This document shows, piece after piece, positions 36,501 through 46,980 of a stretch of 64,000 nt of DNA. This stretch comes from Fonticula alba ATCC 38817 (taxonomy: Eukaryota > Protista > Nucleariida), in assembly GCA_000388065.2 (NCBI GenBank), contig KB932201.1; one strand, given 5' to 3'. Below the pieces are notes generated by a model. It searched no databases. It was not told the origin of the DNA and saw nothing but the letters and a program-made list of their open reading frames with translations. A program made the translations under genes and the position numbers. Numbering within the stretch: position 1 is the first letter of the stretch; each line of letters begins with the position of its first letter.

Positions 36501-37436
36501 GGTCATGCTAGCCTCGGACCACAATGGGGGAGTCTACTCGTCGCCGGTGGCCGATCCCTTTGGCAGCCCGGCCATGCCGGTCGGCGGGTCAGCCGCGGGG
36601 TCTCTCTCGGACCTGGGCAGCTTCGACCGGACGTCGGTCTTCTTCGGTGGCTCGGGTAGCGGGAGCGACCCCTTCCTGGCCACAGATGACTCGTCGGTCT
36701 TTTACTCGACCCCAAGTGGTGGCATGCCGCCGCCGGCCTCGTCCGGAACCTCCCGACTCATGGGCCCTGCCGGGACCTCCTCCTCCTTCCGGTCCGACTC
36801 TCCGCCGATGGTCATCACCAGCTCCCCCTCCAACTTGTCACTGGCCTCGGCGGCCGGCACCGCCCCGGCCTTGAGCCGGACCAAGTCCGACCACCAGCGT
36901 CGATCATTGTCTGGGGCCGCGTCCACTGGGGATCTGCCGCACATGGCCTCGGAGACCCTGCCGCGGTCACGCACCTCGGGCGTCAGTCTCCGGTCAAGCG
37001 GGGCCTCCAGTGTGTCGGTGAACCAGCCGCCGCCGCCCACGGCCACCCACGGTGGCGGAGCCCCCGGCCCGCAGCTCCGGACCGGCACCAACTCAATGTA
37101 CTCGAGCCACTCGTCGCTCCATTCACAGCGGTCCACCGCCACCACGGCGTCCGACCGGCCGAGCTCTCCCTCAAGCAGCATGGGCACAATGTTGAATGCC
37201 CTGGGATCGCTGTTCGGGTTTGGCCGCCGTGACCAGTAGTCGCGCTCCCTCCCCCCCCCCCCCCCCATGCCCTGCCACGCCATGCTAACAGGCCCCGGCG
37301 CGCAGATGTCGAGAGCGGCTCGGCCGCCCAGATCATCGAGAACTTCGGCTTCTTCCCGGAGCCCCTGGCCGCCTTCCCGCAGCCCGCGAGCGAGGCCGAA
37401 GCTGGCTTTGGCCCCCTCCCCCCTCGCTCTTGTTAG
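30177..37436 (+). CDS. Ras guanine-nucleotide exchange factor (REM plus CDC25 domain) with an unassigned helical N-terminal region and long Ser/Gly-rich linkers; multi-exon. Stop at 37239 if unspliced, or 37436 with a terminal exon
   Basis: REM: VHSAKFNSLVIFLTS...FLNVFLLTLQLFSSPSLFLEKLVER. CDC25: LAHHLTAIDADLFRAI...HTNQLTNWVMRCIL...RRKMILCFF|ELYLLKNFNSLFAIHCALSHTSISRLAQTF...PVIPVIPILMSDLTFMLEGN...INWQK. GT-AG junctions include 30463/30665 and 30871/31043; some N-terminal junctions are uncertain. Confidence 0.88.
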
Positions 37437-38149
37437 ATTCCCCCTCTCTTCAGATTTCACACCCCTCCTCCAGTGAGTGTCCCCCCCCCCTTCCCTCGCG
37501 CATGCGCCTCGGAGCTCGAATATAGTTTTGTCCTTGGAACTGGCCCTTTTCTTCTGGCATTATTCCCCCCCGGGAAGGGAGGAGGATTACGCGATTTTTC
37601 GTGCCGCACATCAACACATCCACAGGCGGCCTCCTGATGCCACGAGGGAGGAGGAGAGACACGGAGAAACAGCAAATATTGGGTTTATTGTTTGGAGGGG
37701 AAAAGATGAGAATACTGAACTTGCACATGGATGTATATGAGGTAGGCAAATGCGCAAATGTAAGCACAGCAGAATGTTAAGGGAGTTGTGGCTGGTCTAA
37801 TGGGTAAAACCCGATCCGAGAAAGGAGAGAGAGAGAGATCGGGCGGTGGGAGACGTCGCTGCCTCGCGTGCATGCACAAGACAAAAGGGTACACACAGGC
37901 GCACGGCGCGAGAGAGAGGGAGAGAGAGAGAGAGAGAGAAAAGTGCCAGGCCACGGGGAGAGGACGGCACACATTCGCCTTCCTCTCCCCGCCTGTGGTC
38001 CTTTTTTATCCTCCCCTTCCGGTGCAAGGCACTGGAAAGAGAAAGAGCCCCCCTCTTGGGGGTCGTCGCACTCTTTTTGTCGCTCAGCCGGAGGACCCCC
38101 TCCTCCTCTTTCTCCCTGCCGATCTCTGACCCTGGCTTTGAATCTGACC

Positions 38150-40649
38150 TTAGTCGATGTCCATGTCGGTGGCCGGGGCGGAGGAACCCTCGTCGGTGGT
38201 CTCCATGGGGGAGTCGGTGGTCGGGGGGGCGGCCTCCGCACCCTCGGGAGCGGCGGCGGCCGGCTCCGGCTCAACGGGCTTGGGCTTGGGCTTGGAGAAG
38301 GTGCTGTTGGCCAGGAGCTGGAGCTGACGCAGGGCCGCGTCGACATTCTCCGACAGGAGGGTCGGGTGGGCATGCTTGGGAGCCGCCTGCTGGGCCAGGA
38401 TGCGAGAAGTCATGTCGGCCAGGGCGGCGGTGGCGGCGGACATGACCGCCTCACGGGCCTCGGCGTCGATGTGCTCATAGCGCTCCTCCTGGGTGCGGGT
38501 CAGCTCGACGATGGAGGTGACACCGGCCTGGAACTTCTTCTTGGCCTCCTCCAGGGCCTCGGCCTGGTCGAAGCGGTACTGAGCCGCGTCGCCGAGCACA
38601 CGGACCTCGCTCAGGCGGGCCTCGTAGACGCTCTTGGAGACGTTCTCACCCTCGCCGTACAGCCAATCCTCGGTGTCACGCAGGAGGGTCTTGTAGGCCT
38701 CCATGTCGGCCTCGGCCACATACTCGGCCAGGGTGGTGTCCAGCAGGTCACGCATGCGGTAGATGAACTCCTCCAGGGAGTTCTTGCGCTCGAGGGTGTC
38801 GAAAACAAGCTTGTCCTCGGCGATCATCTCGTTCTCGCGCTCGCGCAGGAGGTTCAGCTGCTCGGCCGACAGCGAGGGGAAGGTGTACACCACGGGCAGG
38901 GTGATGGCATCGCGAACGGTGGTCGGGCCGGCGGGGGCCTCCTCGCCCTCGGCCGGCTCGGCGGCCGGGACGGTGTGGCGGACGTAGAACTTGGTGAACT
39001 CGAAGACACCATCGAGGTTGATGTGGGACAGGACCTCCAGCTGGTTGAACTCGGTGCCCTCCTTCAGCGGCTCGGCCGGGGTGATGAAGTGGGCAATCTC
39101 CTCCGGGGTCTGGTGGGGGAGCTGGGCCGGGTTGGCGTAGATGGCAGACACACGCGAGCCCAGGGCCGGGTCAAAGGCAATGGAGCGCTTCTTGCCGAGG
39201 AACTGCTCGCCGGCGGTGAGCACCACACGGGTCATCTCCTCGCCAGCGGGGTTGGTCCAGCGCAGGGCGATGTCATGGCTGACGGTCTGGCGGACGACAT
39301 AATCACGGACGCTGAACATCGGGGACTGCATGGCGCACTGGAAGGCGGCACCACGGGCAGCGGCCTCATCGAAGTTCAGGGTGGCCGAGAAGGTGACCTC
39401 GCTGCCGAAGAAGTTCTGGACGTGCTCCTTGACGATGGGCACACGGATGGACCCGCCGACCTGCTCGACGAAGTTGACCTCGGCCTTGGTGATCTTGGCC
39501 TGGGCCAGGGCGGCGGCGATGGTCTCGTGGACGACGGCAATCTGGGAGCCAATCATGGCCTCGAACTCCTCGCGCTTGAGCATGGCGCTCAGGTCGATGG
39601 TGTCGGTGAGGCACTCGACGTTCAGGGCACCGATCGGGTTGGAAGAAAGGATCTTCTTCAGGCGCTCGCAAGCCACGGTCAGGCGCAGGATGGCCTTCTT
39701 GTTCTCGAAGATGTCGTACTTGTGCTTCTCCTGGACGATGGCCGCAAAGTGGCGGACCAGCAGGCTATCGAAGAAGCGCCCGCCGATGGCGGTGGTGGTG
39801 GCCATGCCGATGATGGAGGCCTCCTTCTGGGTGAACTTCACCACGGACACGGTGAAGGCGGTGTGGCCCATGTCGGCGAAGACAACATAGCGCGGGGCCT
39901 CGGTCTCCTCGGGGAGCTCACCCTTGCGGGTGATACCGTAGAGCAGGGCACAGGCGGCGGGCTCGCTCATCAGGCGGGCAACCTTCAGCCCGGCGATGGA
40001 GGCCGCATTGTTCAGGGCAATGCGCTGACGGAAGGTGTAGTGAGCCGGCACGGTGAGGCAGACCAGCTCGACCGAGTTCTTCAGCTCGGCCTCGGCGGTC
40101 TGCTTGACCTTGGTAAGCAGCATGGCCTGGAGCTGGGTGAAGTCGAACTCGGTCTGCTCGCCGAGGAAGCTGACCGACGCGCCGGGAGAGCCGTCCGGCA
40201 TCTCGACCAGGTTGCAGGTGACGTGCTCGGCCTCGGCCTGGACGGCGGGATCGTTGAAAGAACGACCGATCAGGTGCTTCATGTTGCCGACGGTGTTCTT
40301 GGCGTTCATCACCTCACCAGCCTTGGCGGTCTCACCGAGGACACGGTTGGTCGGGGTGAAACCGACGAGGGTGCTGTTGGGGGATGAGAGAGGCGGGGGG
40401 GGGGGAAGATGAGCGTGTGAGACGTGGAAGGGCAACAAGAGCGAGAGAACGAGAGAGGGAACGAGAGCGAGAGAGGGGAGGATAGGGGGGGGGGGCGAGG
40501 CGGGGGAGCGTAGAGGGAGAAGGAGCGGGCAAAGAGACGCACGGAGTAAAGCGGTTGGAGACCTCATTGACCAGGATGTCAATGCCGCGGTTACGCGCGG
40601 CGGCAATGACGGTCTTGTAGGTACCAAGATCAACACCAACGGCAGCCAT
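38150..40649 (-). CDS. HSPA4: Hsp110/SSE-family chaperone and Hsp70 nucleotide exchange factor; join(40649..40543,40373..38150), 776 aa
   Basis: VGVDLGTY..., [16 protein letters not shown]|TLVGF, Hsp110-type [46 protein letters not shown], and C-terminal DMDID with no ER-retention signal. Strong C/G-ending codon bias. Confidence 0.96.
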
Positions 40650-40848
40650 TCTGTTATGGGCAGTCTATATGGCGGGGAAGAGGGGGCGAGGAGGGAGAAG
40701 AGGAGGTTGGGAGCAAGGTCAGTGTCGGCCGGAAAAAGAGAAATGGGCCACAAGAGGCCTGTGCGCCCAGAGGAGATCGGAGGAAGGGGGAGAGCAGGAG
40801 AGGGACAGGACAGCACTCGACAAGGGAGGAGGGGAGGAGAAAACAAAC

Positions 40849-41109
40849 CAGAGACGGGTCGCGACTGGCAAGCGGATCGTCATTGGCATTGGCCGAGAAC
40901 CGGAAGGAGGGGAATCCGCTTCCCGCTGCTGCCTGGCGTCGATGCCAGAGAGTGAAGAGCAGCCCAACTAGCGAGCCGACAAGGGCAAGGAAGAGCGGAT
41001 TGGCCAGCAGGGTGTCGAGGCTGTTCACGCGCTGGCTCGCCAGGAATCCCTGGATCGAGGTCTTCACGGTGGAAAGCGCCTGGCACCACGCCCCTTCACC
41101 GCACGCCAT
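40849..41109 (-). CDS. Putative upstream coding exon with one transmembrane helix (87 codons); candidate N-terminal extension of Hsp110, or a uORF/small membrane protein
   Basis: ATG at 41109 in AGCATGG context. Encodes MACGEGAW...LANPLFLALVGSLVGLLFTLWHRRQ...RDPSL and ends at donor CTG|GTTTGT. Pyrimidine-rich 184-nt interval to acceptor ATATAG| at 40665, after which 15 nt (TAHNR) lead in frame to the Hsp110 ATG. Confidence 0.55.
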
Positions 41110-41172
41110 GCTTGCACTGGGTGGGGGAAGGAGAGGGATGGAGGAGGAAGGCCTTCGGCGTGGCCTGGGGGC

Positions 41173-41203
<31 letters not shown>

Positions 41204-43782
41204 AGAGAAAGAGGGAGAGGGAGAGAGAAAGAGGGGGGAGGAGAAGGGGGGGAGGAGAGGAGAGAGCATCCGAAAGGAGAGGAAATGCAGAAGGGGAGAA
41301 GGGGGTTCGCCATGGCATTGGACCACAACGATGGAGGAGAGAGGGAGAAGGAGCAAGCCGGAGAGGAGAAGATCAGTGACTAACTCATCTGGGTTGGGTA
41401 GGTGGGGGGATGGAGAAGAGGAGGGATGGAAGTGCGTGTGCGTGTCTGAAAAAATGTGTGTGTGTGTGCGTGCACATGCGTGTGCATTTGTGTGTGCACA
41501 GGTGGGGTAGGTCGCACTTTGGGGGAGGAGGAGGAGGAGGAGGAGGAGGAGGAGGAGGGAGAAGCGACGCAGGGGAGAGGATTGTCACAGGGAGGATATC
41601 GGGAGGGGGGGCACACAGCACAAACACCACTTAAAGAGGGAAAGTGGCAAGACGGACAAACACACATGGGGGGAAGGAGAACACTGGCAAACAGGGGACA
41701 CAGGAGAGAAGGAGGGGGAGAGGGAGAGGACACAGCACTCGGGAAAGTCTAGAGGGAGGAGAGACGCATGGAGGGCAAAGGGGAGGCAGGGAGGCATGGT
41801 GCAAGGGATGGGTGAAGGGGAGGAAGGGGGTCGTACGGAGAATCTGGAGGAGGGGGAGACGAAGCAGGGGCACAGATACGCGGGGTCAGAGACCGAGGAG
41901 ATATAGATGAGAGTGTGGAAACGGAGGGAGCATCAGTAAACAGTGAGATAAAGGGCGGGGGAGGGGGGGGGGGGATAGGGAGGCAGGCGACACAATCATG
42001 CACAGCACACGGGCCCCGGAGGAGCCGGGCTTGGGTTTCCAGGGGCGGAGCGACACGGTGCGACGGGGAGAGGAGACATCGTCGCGCGGGTGTGACCGCG
42101 TGTCGAAGCCGGCTCGACCCCGGGCGCAAACGTCACATGGGGGATAAGGGCAGGAAGGAAAGAGAGAGAGAGAGAGAGAGAGATGGGGACAGATGGGAAA
42201 CGAACCAGAAGCGGTGAGTTCTTCTGAGAGGGAGAGGGGAGAGGGTGGGGGAGAGAGGGATTCCGCCGATTTAGATTTCGCGGCCCCAGAGGAGCCGCCC
42301 CACAAGGCACGCCCTTGAAAAAGGCGGCCCCGACCCCACACTTGCACAGGCACACACACACACACAAGAGACACACGCGGGGGGGTGGCACGGAGCGGGC
42401 CGTTGCCGGGTCCACCCGCGCGGAAAGGGCTGTACTCCCTCTGACACCCACACACGCAGACACAGGCACCTTCAGGTCCCCCACCCGTGAGTACGGCGTG
42501 CGTGTCGTCAGGCGCACCGGCGCCTCTGCTCAGTGCCAGGGAGCAAGAGTGACAGGGTCATAGAGTGAGGAAGCTAGACCACCCAACCGCACGGATGCTG
42601 CGAACTCGCGCCGTCCGCCCCCATGGCCCCTAGGGCTGGAAAATGTCGGCCCCGCCCTCGCCCCCCCTCCGGCGCATGTTCGGGCGCGCGGGCGAAGCGT
42701 GAAGAAAAATCCAGCGTGGTCCCGGGAAGAAAAAAAGGGGCTTCCCAACGGCAAGTACCCAGAGAGATGAGAAGGGCTGGGGCCGGGGGGGGTGGGGCTG
42801 TACCATGCCCCTCCGCCCCCCGGGGACAACGGGGAGGACGCACCAGGGGGCCGCGAGCCCCACCCGGCGAGGGCTCCGCCCGCGCGTGCATCCATCTGCC
42901 AGGCCTCGAGACAGAAGAGCAGCGACTCGCGGACCCGGCCCAGACGCCTCGGGCACACCCACACAAACTCACCGAGCCGACGCCGTGACTGACGGCCGTT
43001 TTTCCCGAGGCTCTAGGCGGCAGGCTCCACAGACTGGCCGACGGGAGCCGGCCACTGCCCTCGGACAGGCACACGGCCAAGGGCCTGTCCACACATCCCA
43101 GCCCAACAGTGGTGACCTCCAGAGGCCCCGCCCCCCGCCCCCCCCCCCCCCTCTCCCGAAGGAATCTCCACAATCACCTCGATTAGCGTGGAAGGCGGAC
43201 ACGCGCCCACCACCCGCCAATTGTCCTTTGTTCCAGTATGTTCTGGCTTTCCAGGGCTGCCGCCAGCCTGCACGTCGTCTGACGCGCCGGGGGCGGCCTT
43301 CGTCGGGCTCCTCAGCCGCGTACAAATGCCCTCATGACGATCCGCCCGCGACGGATCTAGTTTGGCCTGGATGTGCGCACGCCTGGGACAGGCTGCGCTG
43401 GTACGTGGGCTCCGGCGCCGGCCAGCCCCCTGGGGGGGGGGGGGGGGGGCGGGGGCGGGGGCGAACAAGCGGGATGAGGGAAGAGGGCCGAAAGGGGGAC
43501 GACGTTGACTGGCGATTACTGGCAACGGATCCCCCGCCCTCACTGGTGCCCGACAGACAAAAGACGGAGCCGGGAAGAAAGGGAAGGAAGAAAAGCGAAC
43601 TCTCGCGCTCCGCCCGCCCCCCCCCCCTGACCCGCCACCGCTGCCACATTACCCCACACACGCTGCCCAGCCATGCGCATCCTCCCCCCCCCCCCACCCC
43701 CCACCCGCCCAGCACGACGCGCGCCAGGTGCGTAGTCAATTCTAGAAGGTGCCATGATGGCGTGTGGGGCGTGATCTCGGTC

Positions 43783-46700
43783 TCAGGTGAGATCAACTGC
43801 CCACGCACGCTGACCCTGCTGGTACGGGGCCGGTGGCAGCGAATACGGCAAGGGAAGGAGGAAGGTGCCTGGAGGGAGGGCCTCGGCCAGGACCTGGGCT
43901 GGGGTTGTTTTTGTCGCGGGCCAAGCGCCGGCAGGATGCGATTGGCATGGTTCGCCCTTGATGTTGGCGAGTGCCGCGCCGGCATCTTGTGAAGGAGGGG
44001 AGTCCCTGGTGGTGGGGGCGATCCCGGCCGGGGCCGGCTCGGCGGCATCGGCTGGGGCAAGGAAGCCATCCAATCGCGGGAGCAAATCCTGGCGGGGGAC
44101 CATGCTGGACATCTGGAAGGGCATTGAGAGAAAGCTCGAGGAGGAGGAGGAGGAGGAGGAGGAGGAGGAGGAGGGGGAGCAGGAGGGGGAGCCTGTCCCA
44201 GGCTCGTCCTTGATGTTGTCCCCCGGGCAAACTGGCGCCGGATGCAGCGGCCGCGAGGGAGTGCACGAGAAGGACCACAGCCGGTGACCTATGCCGCAGC
44301 CAATCGCATCGAGGAGGGGAGCGGCGGGGGGATGAGTGGCACGAAGGGGAAGGCAGGAAGAGAGGCGAGACTCGGCCAGATGTGGCACGCGCACCGTGGG
44401 CCTTCAGCTGCTCCGGCGTGATGAGCACTCCCGCTTCGTAGCTGCGAATCATGCACCGGACTGAGGCCGTGCGCGATTGGAATTGAACCTGCCCCCAGGC
44501 CGCGCGCGACATGTTGGCCGACGTGAGCAGGACCCACTCGATGGTGGTTTGCCCCAGGCCATCCAGATGATCAAGCCCCGGGCCCCAGAGCTCGGGGTCC
44601 AGGGCCAGCGAAGCGCGTGGCAGGGTGACATGCTCCGGGGTCAGACGATACCGGATGAATGTCTTCAGGTGCGGCATGTGTCGGCGATAAAGGCCCAGGG
44701 CCCCGCCATCGTATTGGTGATAGAGATCACGCTGCGGGACACGACGGGGACAGGGGGAAAGGACGGGCAAACAGACCGCGGAGAGGAGAGTCAGAGGGGG
44801 CAGGATGCCGGACGAGCACGATGGCGAAGGCAGGCGCCCCATGCACGTACCCCCCGGTAGTTTCGTAGCAGAGGGATGTGGGACTTCTGGCGGATGGGGA
44901 TCGAGAAGCCAGACAGCCGGCTGCCGATCGACTCGAGAACCACGCGCTCGGTGGGGATGACAAATTCCATGTCGCTGGGCAGGGGGCATTCCGGCGGGGG
45001 AATCAGTCAGCCTGGCGGAGATGGAACACGGGGGCATGGGCACGCGCTGCCGGCTGGCGGCAGCCAAGGCGAGGACATGGGAAGGGGCGGAATGTGGCGC
45101 ACAGGGCGGCTGGTTGGTCGATCGGGAGTTGATTGGACGGCCGAAAGGCGGAGAAGGATTCCGACAACTCCCGCAGCCAGGATTCCGTCAGGGAGCCCAT
45201 CGAGGAGAACTGACAGACCACACGAGCTGTTGGAGCACCGTGTGGGGCAGGGGGGAGGGGGAAGAGAGAGGGAGGGGAGGAGGGAGATTGGATCCGGGAG
45301 ACGGGATGAGCATGCCGAAGGGGAGGGAGAGCAAGAGGGGGGTCCGCGAAAATGAGGGGCAAACGGGGACACAGGGAGCGAGAGACCGAGAGGGGGGAGG
45401 AGCACATACATTGGTCCAGGGTTGCCGGGCTCCGAAGACGGCCATCCGGGTAGTCAATGGCCGCTGGATTGAAGGTGTCCTGGAGGATCTGCCGCAGCAT
45501 GAGGTGCCCCCATTGGGGGGGGCCAGCTTGCACGCCAGCCTGGGCGCCCCTGCCAACGGCCCCGGTCCCGGCGCGGTGGCCCTCGATATGGGCATTCGCC
45601 TCGTCGAAGACGCGCGCGTGGCAGCCGGCCCGGCGCCGTGGCGGCCCGGCAGGCGGGACCGGCTCCGTGCGTGTAGCCGCCGCCGCCGCCGCCCCAGTCG
45701 GCGTGTGATGCCGGATGAGATCCGGGAAAAGAACCGGGTCGACTGGGTGATAACCCGGAACCGAGGCGACAAAATGCCCGCATGCGCCCGATAAATCGTA
45801 CAGCCTCAGGCGCTCGATGAAGTGGATGGTCGACGGCGGGAGGAGGACCTGCAAGAAACGAACCAATCCCCCGAAGAAGGGGGCCGGCGGCCGGGAGGCA
45901 TATGGGCCATCGACTCCGGCCGATGGGAGCAGGGGGAAATCCTGTGCCCAGACGCCATTCACCATGCGATCATAGTCTATGGGAAAGGCCCGGGGGGGGN
46001 NNNNNNNNNNNNNNNNNNNNNNNNNNNNNNNNNNNNNNNNNNNNNGGGGGACAGAGGAGTGGCGCATCGGCCGTACCTGGAGCGACCAAATTTCCCGTGG
46101 AGATGCCAATTCGCACGCCATTGCGGAAGAACAGGATGAAAAGCTTCGAGTGCTGGCTGCCGAAGCTGGGCAAAGGGGGAGGCGGGAGGGGGCAAAGGGG
46201 AGGCGGGTCAGAGGATGCCAGGTGGACGGGCATGCTTCTGGCCCATGTCGCGGGAGGAGGCAGAAGCGCAGGGGAAGAGAATGGAGGGAAGAGGAGGACA
46301 CACCTCAGGACATTGGTACGCGGCACGAAGACGCGCAGGTTGGCCGGGGCATCGGGCAGGAAGACCTCGCGGCTGGAGGAGGGCCCCGCCCGGGGGGGCG
46401 GTCGAGCACCGGGGGGCGGCGACCGGGGGGGAGGAATGCCGGGCGGCGACCGCTCCAGCGGTGCCTGGAGCGCTGTTTCCGGCACGCAGCCGGCGTCCAT
46501 GATGATGGCCACCTCACGCGCACGGCGCAAGAAGCGCGACTGGCCGAACAGCCAATCGGCATCAAGGTCGAAGGTGGTCAGAAGAGCGGCGTCCAGGGGC
46601 CCGCTGGTGTCATCCGAGTAGAAAAGATCCGCCAGGCCGATGGCCGACGAGTGGATGGTCGACGCCAGACCAGCGTCCATGGCCGAGGGGTGGGTCAGTC

Positions 46701-46980
46701 GGAAGAGCGTCGGGCAGGGGCGCAAGTCGACCAGCGGCGGCGGGGGAGCGGGCTCCTGGTCATCCGACAGGCTGATGACAATCTCATCATCCGCGTGTGG
46801 CGCTGGGGAGGTTCCCGAGCTTGAATGATCGAATTGCAGCCGGTGGAGGTGCCCCTCATTGGAGCAGGCCCGACCGCTGGGGCAGCATGGAGCCGGGGCC
46901 CGGCGGGCAGCCGGGGGATTCGCATCGCCGGGAGACGAGGTCAGGTCGATCAGAAGCCCATCATCATCACCCCGTTCCAT
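43783..46980 (-). CDS. TDP1: Tyrosyl-DNA phosphodiesterase 1 with an N-terminal PBZ zinc finger; join(46980..46304,46165..46077,45976..45410,45226..45103,44974..44851,44731..44395,44288..43783), 807 aa
   Basis: Both HKN catalytic motifs are present: FGSQHSKLFILFFRNGVRIGISTGNL and MPHLKTFIRY...LLTSANMSRAAWG. Also FVASVPG, CQFSSMGSL, IRSYEAGVL and PLPYSLPPAPY. Seven exons sum to 2424 nt in frame; the N-gap at 46000-46046 lies inside intron 2. Confidence 0.93.

Noticed and set aside
37868-40387. 839-aa plus-strand ORF
   Set aside because: Antisense shadow of the strongly codon-biased Hsp110 exon, with no independent motifs. The same applies to 24631-26223 opposite DDX24.
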